NCBI GenBank assembly: GCA_013239625.1
Contig: MU053652.1
Location: 2,916,001 to 2,980,000, forward strand
Reading direction: 5' to 3'
DNA length: 64,000 nt
From: Lama guanicoe
Lineage: Eukaryota
The position numbers and the translations under genes are program-made. Of this stretch, positions 12,101 through 25,133 are shown piece after piece (position 1 is the first letter of the stretch; each line of letters begins with the position of its first letter). Under the pieces are notes generated by a model. It was not told the origin of the DNA. It did no database searches and saw only the letters and a program-made list of their open reading frames with translations.

Positions 12101-15100
12101 CACTGGGGAGTCCATTCTGTCAGAAACAAGCTTAATGCAGGAGCTGTAGTTTATCCAGATTTCTTGAAAGTGATGATTAGCATGGTCAAAGGTCTGTTTT
12201 ATCAGCCCACAGACTGCCTTTATGTTTAAGCTTCAGCCAGTCACCTCTGCTCCTGCAGACCCTCTGCAGCCACAGGAGATGCCAGCAAGAGAGGAAAATG
12301 GCCCTGCAACAGAGTAGGGCGCTCTTGGCTTGCGCCTTGTTATTTGTCCCTCCAGCGGTTCCTTGCTGTTGTGACGTCAAGGCTGCCATTCAGAGCAGAG
12401 AAAAAGGAAGCCGTGGCCTCTCTTCGCATCAGTAGCCCAGACGAGCGGTTGCTTCTCAGGCATCCACTACGCGCTCTGTCTGGCAGAGCCGTGCATTCCA
12501 TGCCTGGGTGACCTGGTTAAATGGAGGAAACCAAATGCTCTCTGCTGAATGCTCTCCAAAACAAGCATTCCACCCCGAGCTTCACTGCTCTGAGGACTGT
12601 AAATGGAACGGCGGCATTGCTCTGCATCATCTGCCTGCGCATTTCAGCCTCTGTTTAGTCTTAAAAGAGAGCGTATGGTTCTCAGCAGCCTTCATTAACA
12701 CACACCCTGCAGCAGCAGAATTACGCCGCCTCTGGGGTCAGCACCTCAGAATCCTTTTTGGAAAACCAGTGCTGTGTTAAAAATCTTTGGGGATCATAGT
12801 CAGAAGTTCAGAACTGCTGAACTGCCACCTCTTCTTCCCATCCCACTTCTGCTCACCCCGTTCCCCAGTTTCACATTTCTGAATTCTAGAAAGCCTTTTG
12901 TATGTACTCACATGTTAGTTTAGCCCGGTATGTCGTTGAGCTGGTGCAGCCTCTGCGTGCATATTGAAAAAGCACCTCTGCTGTAAGGTGGAGACCACAG
13001 GTTCTGAATTTTTCCTAATGAAGAGTAACGTACCTCTTGATTTTCAGAGAGAAGGAGCTATTTCAAAGTATCACAGAATCACTCTCTCTTTAGGAACAAA
13101 CCAAGACCCCTACGGCAGACGGCCGTCCCGCGAGGCTGGGAGCTCACCAGTCAGTTCTGATCGCTTTCTCACCTGGCTCCGAGTTTGCCGATTTAAGACT
13201 CGGTCTTCTGAGGTTACGCCTTCTTGGGTTTCTCTGGCGTGGGAGACAACGTTATTTTATTAGATTCTTGGAGGTGGACATGATAGTCACTAGAAAAAGC
13301 TCAGCAACCGCACTTTGTTTTCCAGAGTTGTCTTGGTTAAGTCAGTAATACGCTTTTGAGGTTTTATGTTACGAATCCCATTAAATCTTTCTCAGAATAG
13401 CTCTTCTCTGAACCCTTGATTGAAGGATATTTGCAGAAACCAAAACCATTTAATTTTATACACAGTTGTATATTCACTTTATGTCAGGAAAGATCTTGAT
13501 ACACAGTGGGGCCTTTTTAAAGGGAAGAAAGTAGAGCTCTTCAGGTAGCTGGGTAAAGATAGAATTAATGGAGCGAGTCTTGTTAAGTTAGGATTTACAC
13601 TGAGAGCTTACTAGACCACCGTCTGTTTTTGCCTAGACAGCGAGGCTTACCCAGTGGCTGCCTCGTGCCATATGAGTTTCACATCATAGGTACAGGGGTG
13701 GGACAGGGACGTGGAACTGATGAATGTACCTTCTGTGTGGGTGCTTTGGACTAGGTAAGCCCAAGAACCTTGAAATGAGAGGAAACCCAGGATAAGACTT
13801 TCCATTCGCAGGCTGGAGAATTAAGTCTTTTTATTGTTCACTACTGTTTGTGTATCGGTAATCTTTTTATTCTTCCTTTTTTCTATTATTACCTTTTCAA
13901 GAGGTCCTCATAACTGGTACCAGAATTACTTTTAGAGAATTGACTTAAAACCGAATCAAATATTTAAAGCAAACATGAAATTTTTTTTAAAAGATTTTAT
14001 TGGGATTAAGTCTTGAAAAGTTAAAAAAAAGAAGTTAGATCTCAGTTCATTTCACATTATATAACAGAAATTTGGGCTATGATGCATCAGTATACTATTT
14101 CTGAGGCCAAAGACTGAATGTTGACTTCTGTGGCACAGTCTTGACAAGGGTGATTTTTCTTATCAGCATTAATTTCCCCAAGGACCTCTCTTAATCTTTG
14201 GATATACAAACCATTCTCTTGAAGAGTCTGCCTCTCATGTAATCATCTCTGTTGACTTTTGCTTCCTCAATTGTTAACTGTTCAAACCCTCTTTGATCCT
14301 TATTTGTCAATGACTGTGTGTGACTCAGGCAGTTCCCCGGCGTCACTTTTATCAACTGTGTGTAAAACCTGCAGTTTCATGTTACGAGTGAATTACATTG
14401 TGGTTGCATTTTTATTCTGTGACACTGACCAAGCAAGGAAGTGAGCAGGAAGAGATGCTGATGTTCATGAGGACCAAGCATTAGGTGACTGCTCTGTTTG
14501 TCAGGGTTGTTTATATAATGATGACCTGTGCTTCCTCGTGCAGCCTGGGACTCAGAATGATCATTCAGGTAATTAGAGACACCTCCCCGCCTCGCCGCCG
14601 TAGTGTAGTACATTTAAAGCACTCAATATGGCTTAGTGGGCTTCGTAATCAACCACATGCAGATCTGTATGCCATGCCTGGTACTTAACTAAGTTTTATA
14701 ACCTTAGGCAAGTTATTCACAGAACCTCAGATTCTTGGTGTGTAACGTAGAGTCATGAAACCAACCTTGCGGAGTGGTCGTGGGGTTTAGAGCCCATGTA
14801 TGTAAAACTCCTGGATAGTGTGTAGTGCATGCAGCTCAAGAAATCATCCCTGTTAGGGTGGCTTGTGCAGTGCTGTACATTTTATGAGATTTTCACATTC
14901 AATTCAGACTGAAGAACTTAAACTTTAGTATAAAGTCACTAAGATTTTGATGCTGTGCGTTGACCTGAGGAGACTAAATTTCGGAAGATTATATTTGGTA
15001 ACTGTGTATGTCATGGATTAGATCATGGAATTTGATAGCCATTTTCTTAATGTGGTAGATGAGAACACCACGGCCCAAGGAAATTACATAACTTTCTCAG

Positions 15101-17494
15101 GACCACATGGTTTTTATCTGGCGGAGCCAAACCCCAAACCCAGTCTTCCCACTCCTTACTGTGTTTTTCCACCACACAGTTGCTCGTTGGCAAGTGAACC
15201 AATTAAAAAGGCCGTCGTACTTGTCCAGGAGCGGAGTGATAAAGGTCCAGCTTATTTACCAGAGGTGGGAATGGGAGGGAGAGGACAAAGGCAGCAGTCA
15301 TGGAAACAAGTGCTGATTAGACTTGGCGGCTGACAGACTTAGCTCTGTTCCAGGAGGAAGGGAGTCAAGGGCCCAAGCTTCCAAGCCTGGTTGGGTGGCC
15401 ATCGCAAACTAAAATAAGTGGGATTTGTTGGTGGTGGTGTTTCTGGTGCGTTTAAAGGGACTGCACCCTGTCCGGGTGGAAATATGGAGGATTGAAGGTA
15501 GGAAAAGGTGCCTGTGCTGAAGGAATAAATTTGAGACTCTTAACGCCAAGGAAGGGGCGTTGAAACCATTGTACTGTATAGAAGTGTATGCACCCCTATG
15601 TATGTGTGTGCGTGGTGGGGGTGTGGTTTAAACTGGATTTGGTGACACACTCCCATTTCAAGCCTGAGCCACGTTATAACTACTGCCTAGTTATAATTAC
15701 AAGCTGCTACACCTTCCTCAAGAGAGAAGAGCCGGTCCCACAGACTCTTCTGTGTCTGTGTGTTTGTTTTGTTGGATGGCACTGAGAGACAGACTTTGCT
15801 GGGCCCTGTTTGGTAAACAAATCTGTTCACGCACACTTTCTTCTATCATTGTATGTGTACACTGGCCCTGCTTTTTCCACCAGGCACACGGAAGCCTAGG
15901 AATTTAAAGCTTGTTTTTTTTTCTTTAAAAGTGCACAGGCCTCAAAGAAGAATGTGCACATGCATTTAAAATGTGCACATCTACCCTGTGTAAATTTTTG
16001 ACTCTTCACAATTCTAAGTCTGGGCCCTGAACTCCGTAAGAACACCGCAGCGCAGTACACACACAGTACCCCTGGGAGGCGTCCTCAAAGCTGCCACAAG
16101 ATCATTGATCAAACTCAGTAGAGAAAGCTCTTTTCACCCTTAACGTTCCTTCTATGCACCATAAGTGGGATGAGTCACCCAAGATGATAAAGCATAAACC
16201 TGGTTTTTCCAAGAAGAGGTGATTCGTCCTGTTCTTAGATTAGAATATGAACTTAGAATAAAATATATCCATACAGTCACTTACTACCTGTAGTTTTTTG
16301 CATGTTTTATATAATATTCCAGCCAAGCGCAAGCTTTTATGACAGGAAGTATGTGAATGGTTATGACAGGAGTAAATAACATTTGATTTTATGATTACAG
16401 TACAGGAAGTAACTTTTCACACCAAATAAATCTTTGGAGGGCAAAAAGTGCCGGCTTATAAATTTAACGTACACAAATTTCCTAGAATCTTTGCTCTCTT
16501 AAGTGAAATTAAAACCGGAATGTGGTCTTATTTCTTTCTCTCCTTAACTTTTCTTGTCAACAAATATCTTTGTGTTAACTTTCAGGTACTTTGGTGTGAC
16601 CCATATGACATGGGAGCGTTAAAAAAAAATTCCAAGTGAAAATAATAAGGCCAAACTTTATAGAGTAATAGCATGAGAAGCTTGAATACTCTAAATAGGA
16701 AAGTGCTTTCTCTTTGAAGAGTAAATGACCATATTATCAATTACCATCGAAACCGAAGAGGCCCCAGTTTCCAGTTCGTCTGGTTTCCAACTTCCACAGG
16801 CACGTTAAGGGAAGATAGTAGGTTTAACATCAAGTCTGCGTATGAGCAAGTTGACAGAGAAAAGAAAGGATTGGGTAGAATTTCAGTTATGTTCATCACT
16901 GGAGAACTTTAACAGAGGCTTTGTTTTCCCCTGACTTTGGAAAAAAAAGAAAGGAAGAAAAGATTGCTTTCTGCATCTTTTTTTCTTCTTAAAGCAAGAG
17001 GAATTTTGTAGTGAGAAGGAAATGTGTAACTGACACATTTCTGAGGACTCATATTGCACATGCATGCATCCCACGAATGAATGGATGCCTAACAGTCAGA
17101 TCAAAATAGCTGAGAAGTGCTGCGCAATTCCAGGCAATCTCACGGCCCCGAGGCAGGTTGTGTCAGCGGCGGGGCAGCTGCTGATGGAGGTTCCAGCCTG
17201 GACTCTGACAGGGAGCCTTGCTTCACCCTACTGATTGAAAATGTCATCTCTAGATCCTGGCCACCTCTAGAACTCAGTATCACAACTTTTGCAAAGAAGT
17301 AGTTTGCAGATTATACGAAACTGTTCTCAGAGAGCAAATTGATATGTTAGTTGTCACTAGTTTTCTTGAAATTCTGCAGAGAATATATTTGCGCGTGGCA
17401 TGAGTGAAAATCTGCCTGGCGTAGTAGTTTTCAGGGCACTTTGTAAGTGCAGTTTACTTAACACACACCACAGCCTGGTGTGACCCACAGACGT

Positions 17495-17740
17495 GCTGAT
17501 GGAAGGCTCTGAGCAGAGTGGTCAAGGTCAAGTTCCCTGGCTTTGAATCCTGGCTCCACCACCTACTGACTGTGTGCCCCTGGTCAAGCCCTTAAACTCC
17601 CTGGGGCTCAGTTTCCTTATCTGTAGGATGGGAATAATAAAAGAATTCAGCTTGCAGGGTTGCTATGAGGATTAAATGAGTAGATCCCTATAGGCTTTTG
17701 GCAGTGGTGCCCAGACCGGCCCTGTAGTCAGTTTGCTGTT
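17495..17740 (+). mobile_element. MIR SINE
   Basis: TTTGAATCCTGGCTCCACCACCTACTGACTGTGTG...CTCAGTTTCCTTATCTGTAGGATGGGAATAATAA...GAGGATTAAATGAG. Confidence 0.85.
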
Positions 17741-19649
17741 ACCATGGACGATTAAGCCGGCTTAAAGAGGTTGGATGATCTGAATCAGGCAAAGCATAGC
17801 CCAGGCAAGAGCCGAAACTGGAACACAAGGCCTCCCGACCTCCCAGGTGAGGCCACACCCCCTCTTTTCTATAGAAGTGCCACTAAAAAGTGCGCTCCTT
17901 CTCATGGTTTAGAAGGAAACTGAGTAAACGTTCAGCACAAAGAACAAGTTGTGGCAGGGTTTGGTTTTGTTTTGGGGGCTCGGGGGGACAGTGGGTCTAG
18001 AGGTCTGGAGAACAAACACCTACTCTATAAACTTGGACTCGCATGGTGTCCACAGCGTAGCAAATTACAGCAAGACCTGGATAGTCCCTGTAATTTAACC
18101 ACATTCTAAATACCCAGCCTTAGAAATGGTCCCCTCTGCCTCCACCGTTACCGGAGCTCCCAGAGGGCAACGTCGGCCACGTCTTGTTGGGCTCATGTTC
18201 TCTCTGCTGCACCCCAAGCATGTCATCTTTATGTTCTTTATTCTGTTTTGCTCTACTTTTCCTTTCTTTTTTTAAAACCTCTGCATTAGCCACCCAGGGC
18301 TTAAGAGGAACTTTCATGTAAAGCACGATCTGAAATGGGAACAAATTTACAGAAGCTTTGAAAACTGTAAGCATGTGTGTGAACATGACACGGTGGGAAG
18401 GGGAAATGAGATATTCTAATAGCTAAGTAGTTTTCTGGCCTCTGATGGTTCACCAAGCTCGTTATCAATACGATTTTGAAATTAATGGCACTCCATGTGG
18501 GATTCCTGTTCTTTTGACATTATGTGGGGTCTTCTGTTTCCACCGAGCCGTAAGGTCTTGGGACCACATAAGGTGTTGGGAGTGAAGACAGAGGGATGGA
18601 TGAGTGTTGTGCAGCGTAGTTGATTTGAATTAAATTCTTAAGGACAGTTACAGATGCTGTATTTACTCATCCTCAATTTGAAGATTGTACTCATACCATG
18701 CAAATGGTTTCCATACTCTTCTTTTTAAAAAAAATCACACATTTGTGAAAATTTCCTTCCACAGTATAAAACACAGGGTTTTATTACAATTTTTACGTAT
18801 ATTCTTTATGTTTATCTTGAGTGTTCAAAAATGAGAACTACAAAGCAGAGGTACAAGTAGCAGAGGATCACCACATCGGAAATTACGGGCTTCGTGGTGC
18901 CCTGTAACAGACACATCACGTGAACACACTGGATCTGTTTGTTTTTATTCTTCAGTCCCGTTAAGTGGAAGGTTGTGTTTTTCTCCTCCTGCCTTCATGA
19001 CCCCCCGCCACCCGGCCCCACCATTCCCACCCAAGGTAGAAGCACATTAACAGCCTAAAAATAAAGGAAAGTCTTTTTTAAAGCTCTTTTAGCAGAACGT
19101 CCCTTCAGGAAATGAGCTCTGTCGCATTGATGCTCTGTAAGGAGGGATGAAGGCGACTTTTCTTACTCAGTTTGCCCAGTTGTCAAGAAATTCTGCTGTT
19201 CCTTGATATAAGTGGTCAGGTTTGGTTAAAGCCAAGAGAAATTGAAAAGGTCATATTTTAGCCCTTCATGGTCAGTTTTCAAAGGGTGCGTTGGTGTGAA
19301 AACCACGCGGTCACTGTTAACGTGACAGGTTCTTAAAAATAAGTGTCTTTCTGCCACCGTCACAAACAAATCTAAAAAAGTTCCCTCTTCTCCCAGACCC
19401 TGGGGATGGCACTCAGAGACTGCGTCTTTGGTGTCTCAGTGCCCAGTTGGGGAAGGTGATTTCTGTATTTGAAATCTGGGGGACAAAGGAAAATAACTCT
19501 CTTTCCTTGAAGGGTTAATTCTCTAAACAGCTTCAGATTGGTTCGCTTGAATCTTAACATTACTTTTCTGGTCACGCTCACTGAAGGTCTAAGCATTTGT
19601 GAAATGTCTTTTTTTTTTTCCCCCGTTCTCCTGATGGCTGTTCTCTTTT

Positions 19650-20517
19650 GGCTGTCTTAATTACAGAGGGGTTGAGAAACCAAATTAAAATTAGGCGTGG
19701 CTGGTAAACAGTGATCACATTGCATGCTTCTAGCTTTGCCTGTTGGAGTTACTTCTCCGCCCGGTGTTGCTTTCCTCCCCACTTTTTTTCTCCAAAGGAA
19801 ATATCATAAGCTCTTTTAGAAATACTCACAGGAAGTGAGTATCTGTATGCTGGTTCCTCGCCAGTAGCTGAGCGTTGACAGGTGGAGAGTCCTGCTGCCG
19901 TCCTCCCAGACTTCTCTGAACATTTGCACCAGAGCAGGGCAGTAGTCAGGGTGTGCAGACCACGGGGTTTCTGTGCACCGAGGGAGTTACAAGAGGAAAT
20001 TGGTCATCACGCGTCATCTTGGTGGATGGTGATTCAGGGAGCTGTGATGAGGGGTCAGCGAGGCACGTGGCCACCGTCTCTGAGGTTTCGGCTCCCTTCT
20101 CAGAGGGGAGGCTGTCGTCTAAAAACTAATGCTCCCTCCACTGCCAGCAACGATTCTTTTGCAGTGAATCACTTCCAGAAATGAATAGCCACAGTTTTTT
20201 GGAATGAATGTTGTGAAATCCCTCGTTTTATGATGGCAGGTTTTCAGTTGGTGGTTTTTATCAGAGAGAATTTCTCAAGATCAAAACGAAACCTCCTCTT
20301 TAAAAGGAAAGAAACTACTCTCGATACAGAAAGCAAAAGTATTTCCAGTCTCCTCCTGATGAGCCGTCACAGATGATCTCTGTACCTGTATTTAGAGATA
20401 CGTGTCTATATATTTGCCTGAATGTGGAAGTCCTTGGACTTACAGATTCCTCTCCGGGAGCTGGTGATCTCCCACGCAGAAGGTCTCTAACTACAAGAAG
20501 CGTTATGTGCGGTGAGT
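19650..20517 (+). promoter_or_regulatory. Candidate distal promoter and first exon of the miR-29 host
   Basis: Repeat-free block with FOX GTAAACA (19704), ETS ACAGGAAGTG (about 19828), E-box CACGTG (20064), AP-1-like/ETS TGAATCACTTCC (20165), TATA-like TTTAAAAG (20299-20306) and donor GCG|GTGAGT (20511|20512). Confidence 0.5.
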
Positions 20518-23389
20518 AGGTGGTAGATTGCGAAGATTGTTGCTAATCCTGTGTTCATCGTTTTGAGTCATGGACTCAGAGGACCTCTAGCAAGCTTTTA
20601 AATACTTCTCTTTATGTGATTTAATGGATGGAACTGCAGGACTCATAGAAGCCTGTGAAAGGTGTTTCAGAATATGGATCAGTTGAACAATCATTGAATC
20701 TTTTGAATATACTAGTCTCTTTGAGGAAGAAAGGATGTTTTACAGAAAGAAGCAGTTTGTGGGGGGCTTGAAGAGGTACAGTTACTGCACTTATGTATTT
20801 AAAGTATCACTCCATGCTCTTGTGTAAAAGAAATGAATGGCTACACGGTCTTGATAGAGAAAAAGTTATGCGAGCTCTTTTTAAAGGAAGAAACTTCATG
20901 CACGTGTTACTCCCAGCTGGATTTCTGTCCCCTTGACTACTGACAAGGGAGGACTATCCCATGAAGAAGACTCACCTCCTGGCGGTGTCTGCGGTGTGGC
21001 TCATCCAGAGCCCGGTGGGCTCTCCATACGTTACTGGCAGCACTTTCATGCCGGGGGCAAAGAGACGGAATCCAGTTACTGGAAACAGTGAGTGCAGTTT
21101 CAGAAATTGTGCTGTCTCCCGAGTAGAGAAGTTGACCTACTGACTCATTTCATCGGAATTGGGGAAAACAACCTGATGTGGTTTTCATTGTTATTCCTGG
21201 AGGATTCCAAAATCCGTGTGTCTGCAAATAAGATGCACTGGAGAAAGGTAATGCTGCCACTTGCTCCTTCTACTTGCCTGTTCTCCTAATGGAATCCATT
21301 CCCTCAATTCCAGGACAGGTTCAGCCTGTGCTTGGGGATCCTTTGTGTGGCTGTTCAGTGGTGAGTACAGATGACAGCAATTTCTGATGGTTACTAGTTC
21401 TTGCTTCTCAGTTTCTAAAAGGTACTTCATCGAAGGAAAAGCTTTAAAGGGCATTTATTCCTGGCACTACATTTTATCTTGATCTGTAGAAAATACTCTA
21501 GGTGTGGTGATAATTATAAAAGACAACATAACCCATAGACAACAGTGGAAGTTAAGAGTTTAATATGTACTTTGATAGATTAGATTTTGGCGGTTTATTG
21601 ACATGAAGGCAGTTTTGATTTTGACATATTTATGTTAAATGATTCTTCTATAATGTTATTTAAAACACATGTATGGAAGATAACAGCATATGTTAGCAAA
21701 AATAATATAATCACTAATAGTTCATGAAAGGCATATATTTGTGGCTAGTGACATAATATTTATGTGCAGAGAAACTTTTAAATCCATGATGTTTTGGTTT
21801 TAAACTAATATTATCGAGTAAGCTAAAGGTATCAAAAGAGGCCAAAAAAAGCATATTGAGCTTGGATAAAAGTAGAAGCTGAGGTGTTGGAGTGATTGGT
21901 GTTTGAAGTGTGAAATTATGTCCTCTGTGTTATTTCATCTGTGCTGGGGGCCTCCACATCACACCCTCAGGTCTATGTTCCTCACCAGTGCAGTGGGAGT
22001 TCCTCATTCCCGTTGGAGACGGCTGAGTAGAAAGTTGACTCGGTCACGCTAGCACTGTTTATTCCCTTTGCTGCTTCGTGTCTGAACACCTTCAGAGGCA
22101 GCGTTCTTAACCCTTCCAGGGTCCTGGGCCCCCCTGAGGTCGTGAGGGAAGCTGTGAGTCCTCTTACCCACTCGGACACAGATGCTTGCCCGCGTTCTCA
22201 GGGCACTTGCAGCCCCAGTGAAGCTCACCGCGGTCCCGGGTTAGGATGCCAGCCGAGAGCCGGACCTCACCGTGACGGGCATCCCCTCGGTTCCTAGCAA
22301 ACGCTCAGATTTAAAAGAGAAGGCATCCAAGTCGAAAAGAAGTCATTCTCTGTGGTTGGTAGGTGGGGGTGCAAAGCCGGAGAAAAGGAGGAAGGGTGGA
22401 GAAATTATGTGACTAATATTAAATAAATAAAGAGAATCATTTTATCAAAACGTCCAAACAGATAGCCCAGAATTCCTAAATGTCTGACTTTCTGTATTTG
22501 TAAGTACATTGTGAATTCCAGTAGAGGCTTTAAAGATTTTAACATTAAACAATTGGGACGAGTTTTCCTTATACATAATGAAATCTCTCTGTTTTTCTTT
22601 TTTCTTTTCCATTGTGTATATTACCAAATCAGGTAGGACTGCAAACCATCTGAACCCCAGCAATACAGAAGATAATAGTTGTAACAAACTGGAGAAGTGA
22701 TTCTGCATGAGCAGAAGAAAATGATTGGGGATAGATGCAAGGTGGTTCCACTGAGTATAACAAAAGTGCTGTTTAAATAAATGTAGCCCTTGTTGCCCGT
22801 GAGCAAATGAACTAAATTTAAGTCAGTACTATCAGGCAGTTGTGGAAAAAAAAAAAAAGGCAGGATTGTTGGGTGTATTAAAAGGAGTATGACATAAAAG
22901 GGTAAGAAAATAAGACTTGCATTAGTCAGACCCATTATTCTGTCCAGTCTGAGTCACATTTGAAAAAAGATTTGGGGTAATTGTGAAGAGCAACAGAAAG
23001 TCATACACCCTTCTAGCAAAAGATAAAGTAACTGAAGCCTCTAGTCCCAAAAAGGCTAAAGGATTTCTTGCTAATGACCTTTAAGTAGTAACAGCCTGAT
23101 TTATCTTTGTAACACACTGCCTTGCCTGCTTTAGTAAATAGCAGTGCTTTAAATGGCTGTCCTATGTAGGGACATTTGTAACACTTCTGTGATAGCTTTG
23201 GCAAGAGTATTATATTCAAATAAAACTGAAGAGATGTTGTCTGGACATAGGTATATAATAAGTACACTTCTTTGTTTATTAATAGATAAAAGTAGACTAT
23301 CTCGAATGGCTGAAGAAAGTTATGAAATCTTTGGTTGGGATCTCTTTCAAGATGAGAACAGGTAATTCTGTTTTAGAAGGTGGAAACCT

Positions 23390-24190
23390 TTATTAATTCA
23401 TTCATCAAACTCCGAGGGCCTACTTCGCTAGATGCTCACCATCTGGAAGAAGAGGCAAAGGTAGAAAAACAGATACACAATGTATGGTGGGTGCTATGAC
23501 CGCATAAAAACAGCGTGCCGCGGCACCTCATGACCCCAAGCTGCCACCCGTGAGTCTGCCTGAGCGAGGTAGTGTCTCAATTGACTCTTAAGGGACAGCC
23601 ATCAAAGAGTCAGCCGGGCCAAGGGGCAAGCATTGTGATGAGGGGTTCAAGCAGAAGGAATAGCACCTGCAGAGGCTTAGAGCCGTAGGTTTGGTGGAGG
23701 GAGGGTGTGGGGAAAGGAATGATGAGAGAGCATGAGGCCGGCAGAGTCATGGATAACACAGGTCCTGAAGGTGTCCACCCAGGAGGGGAATGAGGCCAGA
23801 TGTACACTTCACAGAGATCACATGGGCTTCCTTGGAGTGTGAAGAGTGTGTGTGTGTTGGGGGCGGGGGACGGAATCAGGAAGGGGGCTAGGAGACCAGA
23901 GAGAAAGCTATTCCAGTCGTCTAGTGAGAAGACCAGGGCACTGACGGCAGTGACTCCAGAGAGGTTAGCGAGGTGAAAAAAGGGAAAAGGTGAAGTCAGG
24001 ATAGTGGCGCGGGCTGTTAAGTGGTACCATTCACCACTTAACAAACTAGGAGAGGAAAAGCAGGTTTGGGGGAAGATCAGGCGGCATTTGCACGTGTGAG
24101 AGTGCACGTGGACGGCGCAAGCAGAGATGTAAGAGCCTGAGCCAGTGCGAAGGGGGTTTGTGTGGGTTTGGACCTTGAAGTGTAGGGTAG
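23390..24190 (-). mobile_element. L2 relic including 3' tail
   Basis: Starts TTAATTCATTCATCAAAC...CCTAC and contains AGCAGAAGGAATAGCACCTGCAGAGGCTTAGAG and GGAGACCAG...AAGCTATTCCAGT. Confidence 0.7.
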
Positions 24191-24620
24191 CAACAATAAC
24201 TCAGTCATTGCTGGTGTTTGCTTGTGTGAAGATCTGCTTCTAAAGCAGCGAGTCACTGTTCCAAAATTTTTGTTTCATATTTAGAATTTTTTTCTGGCTA
24301 CCTTGTAATGAAACTTCTCTTAAAAAGTAGAATGAGCTAAAGAAGAAATAAAAATTACCTCTGATCCCATCACCCAAAGCTCTGTTAATATTTGTGTGTA
24401 TTTCCTTCTAGTATTTTCCTGGACACACACACACACAGAGTTGCAAAATCAGCATCATTCTATATAGGCATTTTTATATCCCATGTTAAATGTGCATTTT
24501 CCCCATGTGCTTAAAAATGCTTTAAAAACATTTTTAATGGTGCATTATTCTCTAATTTGGGAGTGTCCAGTTTCCTTCCATTTTTTAAAAGCCATTTTTA
24601 CATAATAATAATTATTCTTT

Positions 24621-25087
24621 CTTTAGTATAAAACTTTTAGTTGTATCTTGGTTAGAGTTTTTCTGAGTTTTTAAAGTTGAAGTATGGTTGATTTACAATA
24701 TTTTATTAGTTTCAGGTATAAAACATAGTGATTTAAAATCTTTGTAGAGTATATATTTCATTTAAAGTTATTACAAAATAATGGCTATATTTCCCTGCAC
24801 TGCATTATATATCCTTACTGCTTATCTATTTAATACAAGGTGGTTTCTTAACCTTATACCCCTATCTTGCCCCCACTTTCCCTCTCCCCCAGTAGTATCC
24901 ACTGGTTTGTTTTCTGTATCTGTGAGTCTGTTTTTGTTTTGTTATATACATTCGTTTTATGTTTTAGATTCCACATATACATGATAACATAGAGTATTTG
25001 ACTTATCTCACTAAACATAATACTGTATAGGTCCATCCATATTGCTGCTAATGGCAAAATTCCATTCTTTTTTATGGCTGAGTAATA

Positions 25088-25133
<46 letters not shown>

